Source of the DNA: Tubiluchus corallicola
Taxonomy: Eukaryota > Animalia > Priapulida
Reading direction: 5' to 3'
Assembly: GCA_030141605.1 (NCBI GenBank)
Contig: JAQGDQ010000717.1
Coordinates: forward strand, 42,401 to 106,400
Length of the DNA stretch: 64,000 nt
Below are positions 52,312 to 64,000 of the stretch, one piece after another. The notes under the pieces were generated by a model. It had not been told where the DNA came from. It did no database searches and worked only from the letters and a program-made list of their open reading frames with translations. A program made the position numbers and the translations under genes. Positions within the stretch are counted from its first letter, which is position 1. Each line of letters begins with the position of its first letter.

Positions 52312-52544
52312 TTTGTTTAACGTATTTTTTTCATAGCAAAATTGCGCAAAAACCCCGAGCAAATGAATTTTTATAGTAAAATAAAGTAAAAAGTTGTGTG
52401 AAAAGAAAACATTACAGTATGCTAAAGATTCATTAGCCCATTGACTGTACTAAAAACAAAGGTAACGTTCGCACATGTTGAAAGTGTATGTTCTACAGGA
52501 ACTAATACAAGAATGTCACCTACAGTGCCATCTTTTCTGTCAAG

Positions 52545-52718
52545 AGCAAAGGGTAGCGGGTTCGCGTACCAGAATAGTAAGCTTTTTTTCCTGCAAATCG
52601 TGTGGAAATCGGACGCTCGGGCGTTCCATTACCCCATACAGATGTTGAAAAAAAATCGCACTATTTTTATGCAGAGTGAAAAACCAGCCAGAGGGATACG
52701 CGAACTCGGGGCCCCCAG
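52545..52718. mobile_element. Possible small MITE
   Basis: Imperfect inverted ends GGGTTCGCGTA (~52558) / TACGCGAACTC (~52697). Confidence 0.35.
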
Positions 52719-54099
52719 TAGTAAAATAAATGTTTTAGCGGATGAATGTAATTTCTAGGAACAGACAATATTTGTAAACTTTTTGTATGCTAAGTACATG
52801 CATTGATTACATGTTTAAATGCTAACTAACTTTGCCTTGCAAACCTCATTCAGGAAAACCAGAATGCCATATTCTTTTATTTAATTAAGTCTCTGTAATT
52901 TTTTGAATGCATAATCACACGTGTGTGTACTGCTTTTTACAAGTTTGTCGTGTTTTTGACGTTTTACATACTGGGTATTCTTTATATATTTAGTAAAATC
53001 AATTCCAATATATCGAAAAACAAACAATATAACAAAATTCGCAAGGTTTTGAAAGATTATGTTATTCATTTCTTTATTTTAGTAAATAAAATAGCGCAGA
53101 AGAAATTAAAAACTGTTTGAAGAGAGAAAACAATTATGTACATAATCAGAATTTTTTCAGAAGAAAGAAAATCTGCATAAAAATAGAGAGTACAAATTAT
53201 ATAACTACATTTATACATGCAGAAGCAGAATTATACAGTGAAGCAAAACAAAACTGCAGTTGAAAGTTACCTATTATATACTATAATGAAACGCCAAAGA
53301 AAAGCCATTGAATAACATCTGAAAAATATCAAAGTGGCATGAAATAACGTAAGCAATGCAGACAAATGATTACAAAATAGGCAAATTTTAAATCTGGTGG
53401 CTATCTAAGCAGACTTCTGTGTCTGTGACTAAATCTACACATGATTACACATTAAACTGAAAAATAAAAAACTGCACACGACAGTACCTATAGGAAAACC
53501 ATATAATTAAAAAATAGGGTGCAGAAAAAAGTATTAAAATAATTAACCAGTAAACACAATATAAAAACATGTGACATGAAATGAAATAACCGATACAGAT
53601 AATACATACCGGAAGAAAAATTATAGTTTATTAGTTGTTATAATAATAGATTGTTGGTTGTTAGCAAGCAGGCCAGCAAGCGGAAAACTGTCCAAAAATT
53701 GCTTAGCTGGAGGAAAGTAATTTGTAATTAGGGGCTAAAAAACCAAAAAATTGTGCTCAGTAAAAATATATAAAATAGCACATTAAAAATACATAGTAAA
53801 CTTTACAGTTCAAGCTAAATTAAACAAAACAGAAACAACATGGCAAATCTAAAGTGTCATAATAATGAAAGATAAAAACGAGCAGATCTACATTCAGAAG
53901 CACGACGATGAAGGCTAACTGCATCTATCTCTAACTGTTTTCTTTCAAAAACAGTTTTACAAATTTTACAATTATCAGAACCAGTGTGTAGATGAATTAC
54001 AAAGATACAATGCACACCTTTTGTTGGGGGTGGGGGTTGTTAGAGGATGGCGGTAAATTTGCAGGTAATACCTGGGAAGAGGTCTCAGACTCACTTAGT

Positions 54100-54450
54100 A
54101 GGAAGATCTTGTATTGTCCAAGTCGTAGTTGATCCATTAGATAATCGCATCGACGCCATGACAGTAGCAGGTACGTTCTCTGAAATAGTGGTTACAAGAA
54201 TTCAATTATCTAAGGGTTGGTCAGTACCTTCCAAACTATGTAAGCGAAGTTCAACCTGGTAGTAAAAATGACGCAATTGCTTTACATTGTCTGAAACTTC
54301 TTCTAGATGAGCAAGTTTATGATGATGTCCATCATTTGCCATTTCATGATCTGATCACCATCTTTATCATCATATCTAGTGCTGATTTACTCAACGACAG
54401 TATCATAATTACTATTGTTAATTGAAAAACAACCAACAGCCCGAAGTGCA
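54100..54450 (-). mobile_element. Possible BEL/Pao gag (DUF1759-like) remnant
   Basis: Minus strand reads VKQLRHFYYQVELRLHSLEG...ILVTTISENVP. Confidence 0.4.
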
Positions 54451-55375
54451 TCAATTGAAAAATATTGTAAAAAATATATAAAAAAAATAATATATTAAAA
54501 AATATTGAAAAACTACAAAAAAGGCGAATTTTGCTGATTTTTGTGAAACTTTAAAGTGCCAGTACTAAATACTGAAACAGGCTCCAGCGAATTTTCTTTA
54601 ATATATTATTATTGAGGATGGTGGGTAACACACACATGAAAACCGGAAGTTCTGTAGCCCCGCAGAGGGCGAGTTATGAGCCTTACAACTTTACCTCTCC
54701 CTGGTCTCTTAACAAAGAGCCGAATTTGAAAAATCCCGTTCTCAGATACTATTAATAGTATGTCAGAAAAAGTTAGGATATCAGAAGACAATGTCTGCGT
54801 CTATGTACCAGCCAACTTACATCGACCCATCTATAACGATCTGACGTCTGGGGGTAGTTTGTTTGATCGAAGGTAGTTGCTGGGGTAACAATTTGTCTGG
54901 CCTGACCGAGCTAAAGGGGCGACCAATCATCTACCCGTTAGCTCCAGACAGTGGCGAGCTTATAGGCAGTCTACGGAGGACCTGTCAATTGAGCAGAGTG
55001 GTTCGGGTGTGGGATGTGCAGTTTACTTTGCTTGGAGTAATCTGCTGTACTCATTGTGATAATACAAACAACGATGTGTAGGCAACTAATGCACAAACAA
55101 TCAATTGCATAAATATTGTAGAAATAATTATTAAGCAAACAAACAAAAAATGAATGTAAAAGAAAACACTATCATTAATCAAACACTAATTTAACTAAGT
55201 TTGAATGTGCTAAATATTACAGTATCTACTTACGGTAGACCTACACTATCAAGACGATAAACAAACAAATAAATTGGCAAATAGTGCACAACAGCTAAAC
55301 CTAACTAAAAGGAGTACCTATTTGCCTAACTACATGCCACCCCAAATGATGTTGTCCTCGCTAGCGCTATGATGG

Positions 55376-56460
55376 TCATCCAGTATTATCTCACTTAGAA
55401 AATGCACAATGGAGGTTGCGTAGTACTACTAAGTCTAACGTAGGGCGCCTCTATACTATACTATACTATACTAAAGAACATTCTAGTGGATCTCCACAAC
55501 ACCTCCCCATGGAAACTGATACTATCTCCAAAGCATCAGCCACAAAATCTCTCGCTAGGCTAAGGTGTTCTCTTGGATCGTGTTGGGTTGTCCAGTCCAT
55601 ATTCTGGCACAGGTGACTTGGTCTCGGGCATGGCACAGGTACTCCAGTCTGCTTCAGAGTTTCTGGCAGTTCTTATAGGATCTCCAATGGATGATCAGGT
55701 GGAAGCTCAGAAGTAAAGTCCATCTCATCACCAGGTTCATAGTCCTCAGCAGAAGCGTGGTGCAAACTAGTTGTTCTCAGTGTCATCTCCACACTGGATC
55801 ATGAGGAAGGATCTTGGTGACGATGTAGGGAATTGAGCTTTGTTTACCAGTCTTTGGATCCTTGGTCTAGCCTATGAAAGTTCCCAGCACTGGTAGGTTG
55901 TGCTTGCTGGCAGACACGTGACGATGTCTGACGTCATCCAGCTTTGGCTTTCCTAGTTGTTTTCAGACCGGCACTGAAACGAAAAGTCCTGTGGTTGCAG
56001 TATCAAGCTCCATCTTGAACTGTTGGTCTTGGATGTGGACTTCGACATCCACACTATGAGAGTTTTCAGGAACTTCATCGAGGATCGCCTTGACAAGCTC
56101 ATCTTTCGTGATTCTGCTCATGGACTTTCCAGATTTCTGGTCCCATTGCTGTCATTGCATCTTCATGTAAACAGCCTCCAAATGTCCTTCTTGTCACAGA
56201 AATGGCGCTTGGCATCTTTGTATGGACAGTCAGTCACTTTGTTGTTGACAGAGCACATGAATCTCTGCCTCACAGCTTCATCTTGTGGGACTTGGATTGA
56301 AGAAAAGACACAAGTGTAACACAAAAGTGTAAATAACTTCTGTAAACGACCATCCAAATCACTGAATAGTCTTCTTGTGCAACTTTACAGTTGTTAAGCA
56401 ACATACAGGACTGCGGTACAAGCATCAGTCCACAACCATACACTCATCAGACATGGAGCG
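55376..56460 (-). mobile_element. Internally deleted Gypsy (K02A2.6-like) element: gag, protease and integrase-tail remnants, PPT and 3' LTR
   Basis: PQDEAVRQRFMCSVNN (gag), FKMELDTATTG...LGKPKL (protease), ASKHNLPVLGTF, PEYGLDNPTRSKR; PPT GGGGAGG (55502-55508) then TGTTG. Confidence 0.72.
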
Positions 56461-56779
56461 TTTCCAATCAATGTGAGGTACTGAAGGCGTAATTTTCTCT
56501 ATCTGAGCCTCGTAAACCAATCCATAATAGGAAAAAGTATAACATGAAAAAAATCCGTTGCACAATTATCTGTAATTACAAGCAATCAATTGATAAAGTC
56601 GACAAGCTATAAGCAGACGTTATTAATAGATACAATATGATACAGTAATTATACAAGATACAACCCTCATATCTACCTTCGAACTTTATAAATAATAGCT
56701 AATAGCAAACAGATTCAGAAGTTTTTGCAAATATTTTTGTTAAGCCAACTGCTATTCTTTATTTATAATAGAATATGGA

Positions 56780-57910
56780 AGCTTATCTTACTGTTTTTCA
56801 CACAATCGATACGATCAGGTAATTCAAAGAAATAAAATCTACATGAAAACAACAACAACAACATTTACACCACGTATAAAATTACCACAAACTAATGCAT
56901 TTCTTTTACTGTAAATCTCTCTTTATTTCCGATAGTATAGAACTTTGATAAGATTTTTTCTGACTTCTTGGTCTATTAAAAGCCAACTAAGAGTAAATGG
57001 TCAGAAGTATGTGCTTCCCCACTATGACAAGCGCATTCTTTGGTGGATGCTTCCCTAAAGTTGCATAAAAAGATAAACCTAATAGCAAGTTTATTGGTTT
57101 GGTTTCTTCGCGTCTTTGCTTATTATTTAATGGTAAACTTAGTGGCTTTAGTTCTGGGGTTGTAATAACTGTGGCTACGTCATCTATTTCCTGTGTTGAA
57201 TTCTACACCTCCACTAAGAACTTTGGAATTTGTCACATTCTTGTCTGGTACAACGTAGATTAATATATTCAGCGAGACTGCCATTTCTCATATTATCTCA
57301 TATTAAGTCTTTTAAATATTTTACGAAAGTTTTTCTCCTGGTCAAGCAATTTTTTACAAGATGGTTATTTATTCGACAATTTAAAGGCAATGCTTCACAA
57401 GTTAATATTTCTTGCTTAGGTAAGTGCCCATCAGGACACCTCTGCGTTTTTAATACAAGTTTACTGACTATACAAAAAACTTCGTGCTCTAAAGGCCTGC
57501 ACAAATACATTCAATATTACATTTCCTGTGACTGTACCCCACCCCCGTCGTACCACAAATGATCGAAATCACTGGCATCACAACAGATTTGAATAATCTA
57601 ATAACGGTTGCCATTCTTAAAACCTCATTTTTACAGATTACACTCCTAAGCTTAACCGATTTTTTCAAGCACTTTGTCTGGCTCTAGAAGTATGACTATT
57701 AAAATCCATACCTTTATCAATAGTAATTCCAAGCACTTTCCTGGTATTAACATAATTTATCTCTTTATTACAAAAAAGTGTAACTTTGGCAAGTTGGAAT
57801 TTTGACATTTTCAAAATCAATAGTTTTTGTTTTGTTTAAATTACATCTCAAAATTTGCTAACAGTTGCATCACCAGGAGTAGAGTTTATTATATGACAAC
57901 TGAACAATTC
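56780..57910 (-). mobile_element. Diverged second copy of the 3' part of the 28134-34391 LINE
   Basis: Shared ATGGTAAACTTAGTGGCTTTAGTTCTGGGGTTGT and TGGCATCACAACAGATT; colinear with 28475-29300 plus 30336-30670; no pogo insert. Confidence 0.9.
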
Positions 57911-58159
57911 ATAATAATTACTACTTATTCAAACCATTAACCTGGTTTTCTCACCTGGACGAAAATTTGACATTTAACGAACGCATTAGCGTTATTTAAG
58001 CGCAAAGCAGTTAAATGCGTCGCGCTCTTTCGTCTTTCTTCGTACCGCGACGCAAAAACCCTCTTATTTATCGACAAAACTTTGATGCTGACCAATTTCA
58101 GTTACTGATCTGTTGTTTGGCATACTCACGGAAAACATTAATTACCAGTTTTTAATGAT

Positions 58160-59095
58160 AGAGAGAGGGGGGGAGGGGAGAGAGAGAGTCCAGTGTCCTT
58201 GAATACAGGGACAGGCTAATGACATTTGTGGATGAAGACAAAGATTGCTCTCACTGTTTGGATTCTATAACTTGAAAAATGCACTTATCCTCCAAGCAAT
58301 TACCGGTAGAGAGCGCTTATTTTCTGTTCCTGGCCGAGCAAATATTTTGCAAAGCTAGTTTTCAAAGGATAGATAGTTTGCGAACACTCTGCCCTTGGGA
58401 AGAGCAAATAATTGTCGAAGCTATTAGTGGACGAAAGCGCATTTTTCTACCTGAGTAAATATTTAGCAAATGAAAGAAAGATTGAGAATAGTCTGCCGTT
58501 GGGAAGAGCAAATAATTCTCGAGGCTATTCGTGGACGAGAGCCTATTCTTCTACCTGAGTAAATATTTCTGCAAAGAAAATTTTCAAAAGAACAGAAAGT
58601 AGGAGAGCACTCACCCCCTGGGAAGACCAATTAGATGCACAGAGCGCTTATTGTGTTCTAGGAGAGTAAATGTTTGGCAAAGTTAATTTTATAAATGACA
58701 AAAGCTTTGCGAGCACTCACCCCCTGGGAAGACTTAGAACTGTTTACCTTTGAGATGATTGTCTTTTCTTTCGAAAATAAGCTCCAGACACTGTGATAGT
58801 ATGCAAATACATCGTTTTTGTTCTCCTTTAACACCTGGGAAGTGAAAGGTATGCGACCCTGGGAACAGAGAAAAACTGCTTTACAGGGACTCCTCCCGGA
58901 TTATTTGAACGTCACGCTGATTCACAAGCGGCAATTCTATTTTACCTTTGAAAGAAGATTATCTTTACTGAGTAAAAAGTGGTGAAAGTTTTCCACCAAC
59001 ATGTTCGTTTTGCGATTTTAAATTTTATGAGCTGGTACACCTTTTTAATGTGTCTATTAAATGTTAGAATAAAAATAATAATAATAATAATAAAT
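58160..59095 (+). repeat. GA-headed, TAA-ended composite dispersed repeat copy
   Basis: GA tract 58160-58188, body colinear with 22194-23115, (AAT)n near 59075. Confidence 0.88.
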
Positions 59096-61689
59096 TATTA
59101 AAAATAATATGATTATTATTGTTATTTATTTTTATCAAAATTGTTAATATTATTATTAATAATTTTAATTAAAATTGACAGGTATGAAAACTTACGAATT
59201 CGACAATTTTAAAAATAATGCCCAACAATTAGGTTTTGACAAATGTATGACAAAACCGACAAAAATTAAGCTGTAGTGATAAAATGTTGAACAAACCGCT
59301 AGGGTACAGTACGTGTCACTCAATATCATTTGAAGTTAAAAATCTGAAATGCGAATAAACTGATTAGCAGATTATACAGAAAAATGAACAATTAAATACA
59401 GGGTCGCCCAGAAAATGCTGCCGCCCAAAGTTACTAGTAACTTTTCATCCTGGTACAGGCGTCTGTAAAAGAGCTCTCATCAATTGCTAGCCCGTTTTCT
59501 CTTTTTTCCAGAAAACTACAAATTTTTATCCAAGCTCCCCATTAAGCGCCTTAATTATTTTAATTAATAAATTTATATTTTTAGAAAATCTAAGATAACA
59601 ATTATAGTTTAATAAACTCACAGTTCATGTAGCCTAGCTGCTACAAATTCATAAAAGAAACTGTTCAAGTACTTAGAGCTTACCAAACATGAAAACGAGG
59701 AAAACATGAACACGAATAATAAACGAGAAAAACTATAACATAGATAAAATGAAGGTGAAACATTAACTAATTAATTTGTTTGTGTTCTTGTGAAGTAAAA
59801 CCTACTTCCTGCTTTTCCTGCTTCCATCTACACTCACTCTATATCGCATTTTCCATTTATTGTTTAATTTTAATTATTTATCAACTCCTATTTACTATTT
59901 TAATAAATAAGGTTATTAAAATACGAGAACTAAAAAGTTAAATTACCTTACTTTAAAATAGCTGTTATACGTATATTTTGCATTACTTTACATTTCATTA
60001 CTATATACAAAATGACAACACAATAACTTTATGCTAAAGCGTAGTCACTTTTAAAAGCTATGATACAATATCAAAATAAGATAAAGGAAAACAAGGACAT
60101 CTCCAGTCAGGGATTTGGATTTGAAATAATTTTACAAGGTTCATTAAACTTCGATAAGTGGCAGACCATTGTAGAGAAGATGTTTGATGTATTATGTGAT
60201 TTTATATTATATCAAAAATCTTGTTATGAAAATTTTGTTGTGTTCGTATTTTACTAACCCCTTGGCTGAGTGCCTGTAGGTCAAATAACCACCAGCTAAA
60301 ATGATAATTGGCTAAGGGACAATCAGACAAAGGACACTAGTCAAAGAGTCTTCAAATATGTTTAAAAGTCTAAAAATTAGATATTTAACATTATTATGTT
60401 TAACAAAGCGGTTTGGAAATACAATCTTGGTGAGAAGGATGTTATCCATCCTTTGACAGGTGGTCGTTAGTCCATCCCCCTAACTGGCGGTCCTTAGACC
60501 ACTTTTGCCGACTGTCCATTGTCCGCTGGTGCTTTAACCTTGCCCAGGCTACGTTAGCAACGCTATCACGTTATCAAAAGTCCATTTAAGTACTTATGAG
60601 CAATGAGACGATATCGCGGAACTGGTTCCCTAGCAAATTTCATTACTTTTCCTACATTCAATACGCACTGGACACTAAAACAGTTTGTTGTGTTACTCAT
60701 AGATGGCAGTCAGATTCTATCCTTTTTAATGGTCCCATAGGAGCAGGTTTCCTTGTTTCAGAAGAAGCCAGTGCGGGGAGAGGTGAACAACAGGCTACCC
60801 AGAACAGCCTACAGTTCATTTTGTGCTCAGAATGTAAACTAAAATGGCTGCCATTGTTTTTTAATTCTTAGCAAGAGTGTTCTTTTCTTAGTTAGTGCAG
60901 CTTTCTTTCTAATTGCACATAGCAAGAAATATCTACCGAAAACCGAAATATGTAAGAAAAAGTATGAGGCCTGAGCAAGGTAAAGATTTGCTAGAAAGGG
61001 ACGTTGCCAGCAGTGATGTTAGTGCTCTTGATGATGAATCTCCAGATAACCAATTAGTGTGGCTTATAAATGTTTAAAAATGAAAAGAATGACAGTTTGA
61101 TTTTCAGCAAAATGTATAAAGTCTGCGCCACTTATTTTTCCATAGCATTATGTGCTGAGAACTATTAGGCTTACTGAACGCATGTATCACAGTGAACAGT
61201 GAAATTCCATCAATCTTGATGTATCCACAGAAATCTTTATTTCTATTAACAAAAAAAAATTACAAAACTGCGAGTTCACAGACAAATTTTGATTTCTTTT
61301 AACAGATTCATCCAAATAACCAAAAAACAAACAAAACAATGTCATGTTAGGCAATTACTGATGTTACAGTTATTCTGTAAAAACTTATTACTATCTGAAT
61401 TTAAAACAAAACGTTGTGATAAAAAACTTGTTAGGTTGTTAATATGTTTAACAAAGTAGTTATTCGTATAATTTAAAGAAAATATTAGCACTTACATTGT
61501 TGCGCCTATAAAGGCAATGTAGCAGATCCTACGAAAATCTTAGAAAAAAATATTAACAGGAATGTGTCAACGTAAATCAAGGAGTATGACAGCTGCTGCT
61601 CAAGCCAACTCACCTACCCAACCAGGTAAAAACAAGCGGCAGCACTTAAACAAGAACATCTATAATCGGCTGGATATTAAAGCAAAGTG

Positions 61690-64000
61690 AAAGTATATTG
61701 GTAGGCCGTCGTCAAACGACGGATCCGGCCCCACAGACAGACACAAAATACAGACAAAATACAGAGAGATATTACAGTAGGAAATAAAATAAATGAGTCA
61801 TGAAAGTCCGTCCAGTCACTGCACATTATTCTTACGCCGACGCCTCTTTTCTTTGAGATCTTCTATTCGTAGATCCTCAAAGTTGATCACTCTCTTGCAG
61901 AGCGCTCTCCACTGCGTTCTGTCACTCGCCAGGGTTTCGAAGTTTTCTGGTTGGATGTTGCATTGATTCAGGGTATCCTTCAGCTGGTCTTTGTAACGCT
62001 TAAAGGGCCTACCGACCCTCCTTGCCCCTACTGCCAACTCACCAAACAGGGGAGTCCGAGGAATACGGTCCTCACCCATCCGGGACACATGACCAGACCA
62101 GCAGAGCCGTGCCGCAAATATGTGGGATTCAATGCCCCAGGCATTACAGCGATCAAAGACTTCCGTGTTAGGCACTCTGTCCTGCGAGCGAATGCCAGCT
62201 ATCCGACGTAAACAGCGCATATGGAAACTGTCAAGCTTCTTGACCTGTTTGCGGTACAGTGTCGAGGTTTCGCAGTTGTAAAGTAGCACCGGTAGAATGG
62301 CTGCCTTGTAAACTGCCATCTTCGTTGCTAGACGGACATCCCGGGTATTCCACAGTCTTCCTGACAGGCCCCCGAAGGTTGCTGCAGCCTTGCCAATTCT
62401 GGTGGTTATATCACAATCACTAGAGCAATCATTTGTCACTGTGCCTCCCAGGTAACTGAACCGATCCACGACCTTTAGAGTTTCATCTCCGATCGTTATA
62501 GCAGGTGCTGTAGGAGTTGTACCAGGTCTAGGCTGCACTAAAACTTCTGTCTTCTTCACAGACACAGTCAGACCGAAACGGGTGGCTGATAAAGCGAAGT
62601 TGTCCATCAAAAATTGTGCATCCTCCATGGAATGACTGGCAAGTGCTCAGTCATCAGCATACAGCAGTTCTCTTATCAAGGTGTAACACACCATCGTTCG
62701 CGCCTTGAAGCGGCGCAAGTTGAATACGCCGCCATCGTAACGAAACCTGACCTCGACACCCCGATAGCACTCGTTGTAGGCATCGCGTATTACTGCAGCA
62801 ATGACTATTCCAAAAAGCAGTGGGGCTAGTATACATCCCTGCTTAACACCGTTGTTGACTGCAAACGGAGAGGACTCCTGGTGCCCATCACAATATGAGC
62901 CTGCATGCCATCGTGAAAAGAGCGTATTATATTGACAATTTTTGAGGGACATCCTGTCCGACACAGAAGTCTCCAAAGTCCCTCCCTGCTGACTGAATCA
63001 AACGCTTTTGTTAAATCCACGAATATCAAATAGAGGTCCCGATGTTGCTCCCTACACTTTTCTTGCAACTGCCGCACAGCGAAGATCATGTCAACAGTAC
63101 CACGGTTTGCCCTGTATCCACACTGGCTTTCTGGGTGGAATTGCTCAGCGAGAGAACTAGTGCGCCGTATAATTACTTGAGCCAAAATCTTTCCAGCAAT
63201 ACTCAACAGCGATATTCCCCTGTGGTTGTTGCATTCTGCGCGATCGCCTTTCCGCTTGTTAGGCGAACCAACAACATAGATGGATGATCGTAGCATCTTT
63301 GAAGTCCTGCGGCACAGTCTCAGCCTCCCAAATGGTATTGAAAAGCTTGAAAAGCCTTTCCACAAGAAGCGGACCACCATACTTGAAGATTTCAGGGCTA
63401 ATGCCATCTGCACCAGTGGCTTTTCCACATTTCATAGCCTTGATCGCAGCTTTCACCTCTTCCAACTGAATCGGCACAGCCAGTTCCTCCATTGTTGGTT
63501 GTTGCGCCACGTTAATGATGACACCATCGTCGATGATAGAAGGATGTTTCTAAATCTGCTCGAAATGTTCAGCCCATCTCTGGACAATAGCAGTTGGTTC
63601 CGTGAAAAGCGTGTTACCATCTATTGACAAAACAGCCATGGATCCGTTGAAACTAGGACCATGTACAGTCTTCAGCTCTTGATAGAAGGCACGAGTATCA
63701 TGCCGGTCGGCAGCATCCTGAAGTCTTATGGCTCGATCGACCCACCAAGCATCTTTCATCTTCCTAATCCTCGCCTGTGCAACAGACCTCGCTTGATGGT
63801 AGCTGCCTTTCTTTGCTTGGCAATTCTTATCATTCACCCAGTCCAGATGTTTCTCGTGCAGATTGGATAGTATGCCATGAATCTCCTGATCGTTGTGGTC
63901 AAACCAGTCGTTTTTGTCCCTACGACGTTTCCCAAGTGCTGCTGCAGCACTGTCATATGTAGTGGTTTTCAAAAGTTCCCACTCTTCCTCTACGTTGCCT
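61690..64000 (-). mobile_element. RTE-clade LINE, RT and 3' part, frameshifted; continues beyond the window
   Basis: GKATGADGISPE, KGDRAECNNHRGISLLS, PESQCGYRANRGTVDMIFAVRQLQEKCREQ, GVKQGCILAP, ELLYADD, WSGHVSRM...GRPFKRYKD; 7-bp hairpin CCGTCGT-CAA-ACGACGG in the 3' UTR (~61706-61722). Confidence 0.95.

Noticed and set aside
59397-59440. Tc1/mariner-like TIR start TACAGGGTCGCCCAGAAAA
   Set aside because: No matching opposite end found in the window

Overview
An AT-rich, repeat-dense window from a eukaryotic (invertebrate metazoan) genome, not a prokaryote: it has spliceosomal introns, microsatellites, LINEs, LTR remnants and SINEs. Host genes that can be supported are all + strand glycan-modifying enzymes. 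They are a complete 3-exon GT49 (B4GAT1/LARGE-like) glycosyltransferase (38204-45688), an intronless GT-A-fold glycosyltransferase (51211-52311) and the C-terminal part of a carbohydrate sulfotransferase (24405-24812). The rest is transposon-derived. It includes a near full-length I-group-like LINE (28134-34391) lying between two (GA)n tracts and interrupted by a 994-bp pogo-like DNA transposon with a clean TA duplication. There is also an RTE LINE, Gypsy and BEL/Pao remnants, a solo LTR with a 5-bp TSD, Kolobok-like ends, two tRNA-headed SINEs, several older LINE remnants, 42/69/36-bp minisatellites and a dispersed composite repeat with internal ~105-120-bp units. Family assignments come from motifs recognised by eye; no searches were run. 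Boundaries of degenerate repeats are approximate. No clearly novel system is demonstrated; the best leads are the glycan-enzyme cluster and the composite repeat family.
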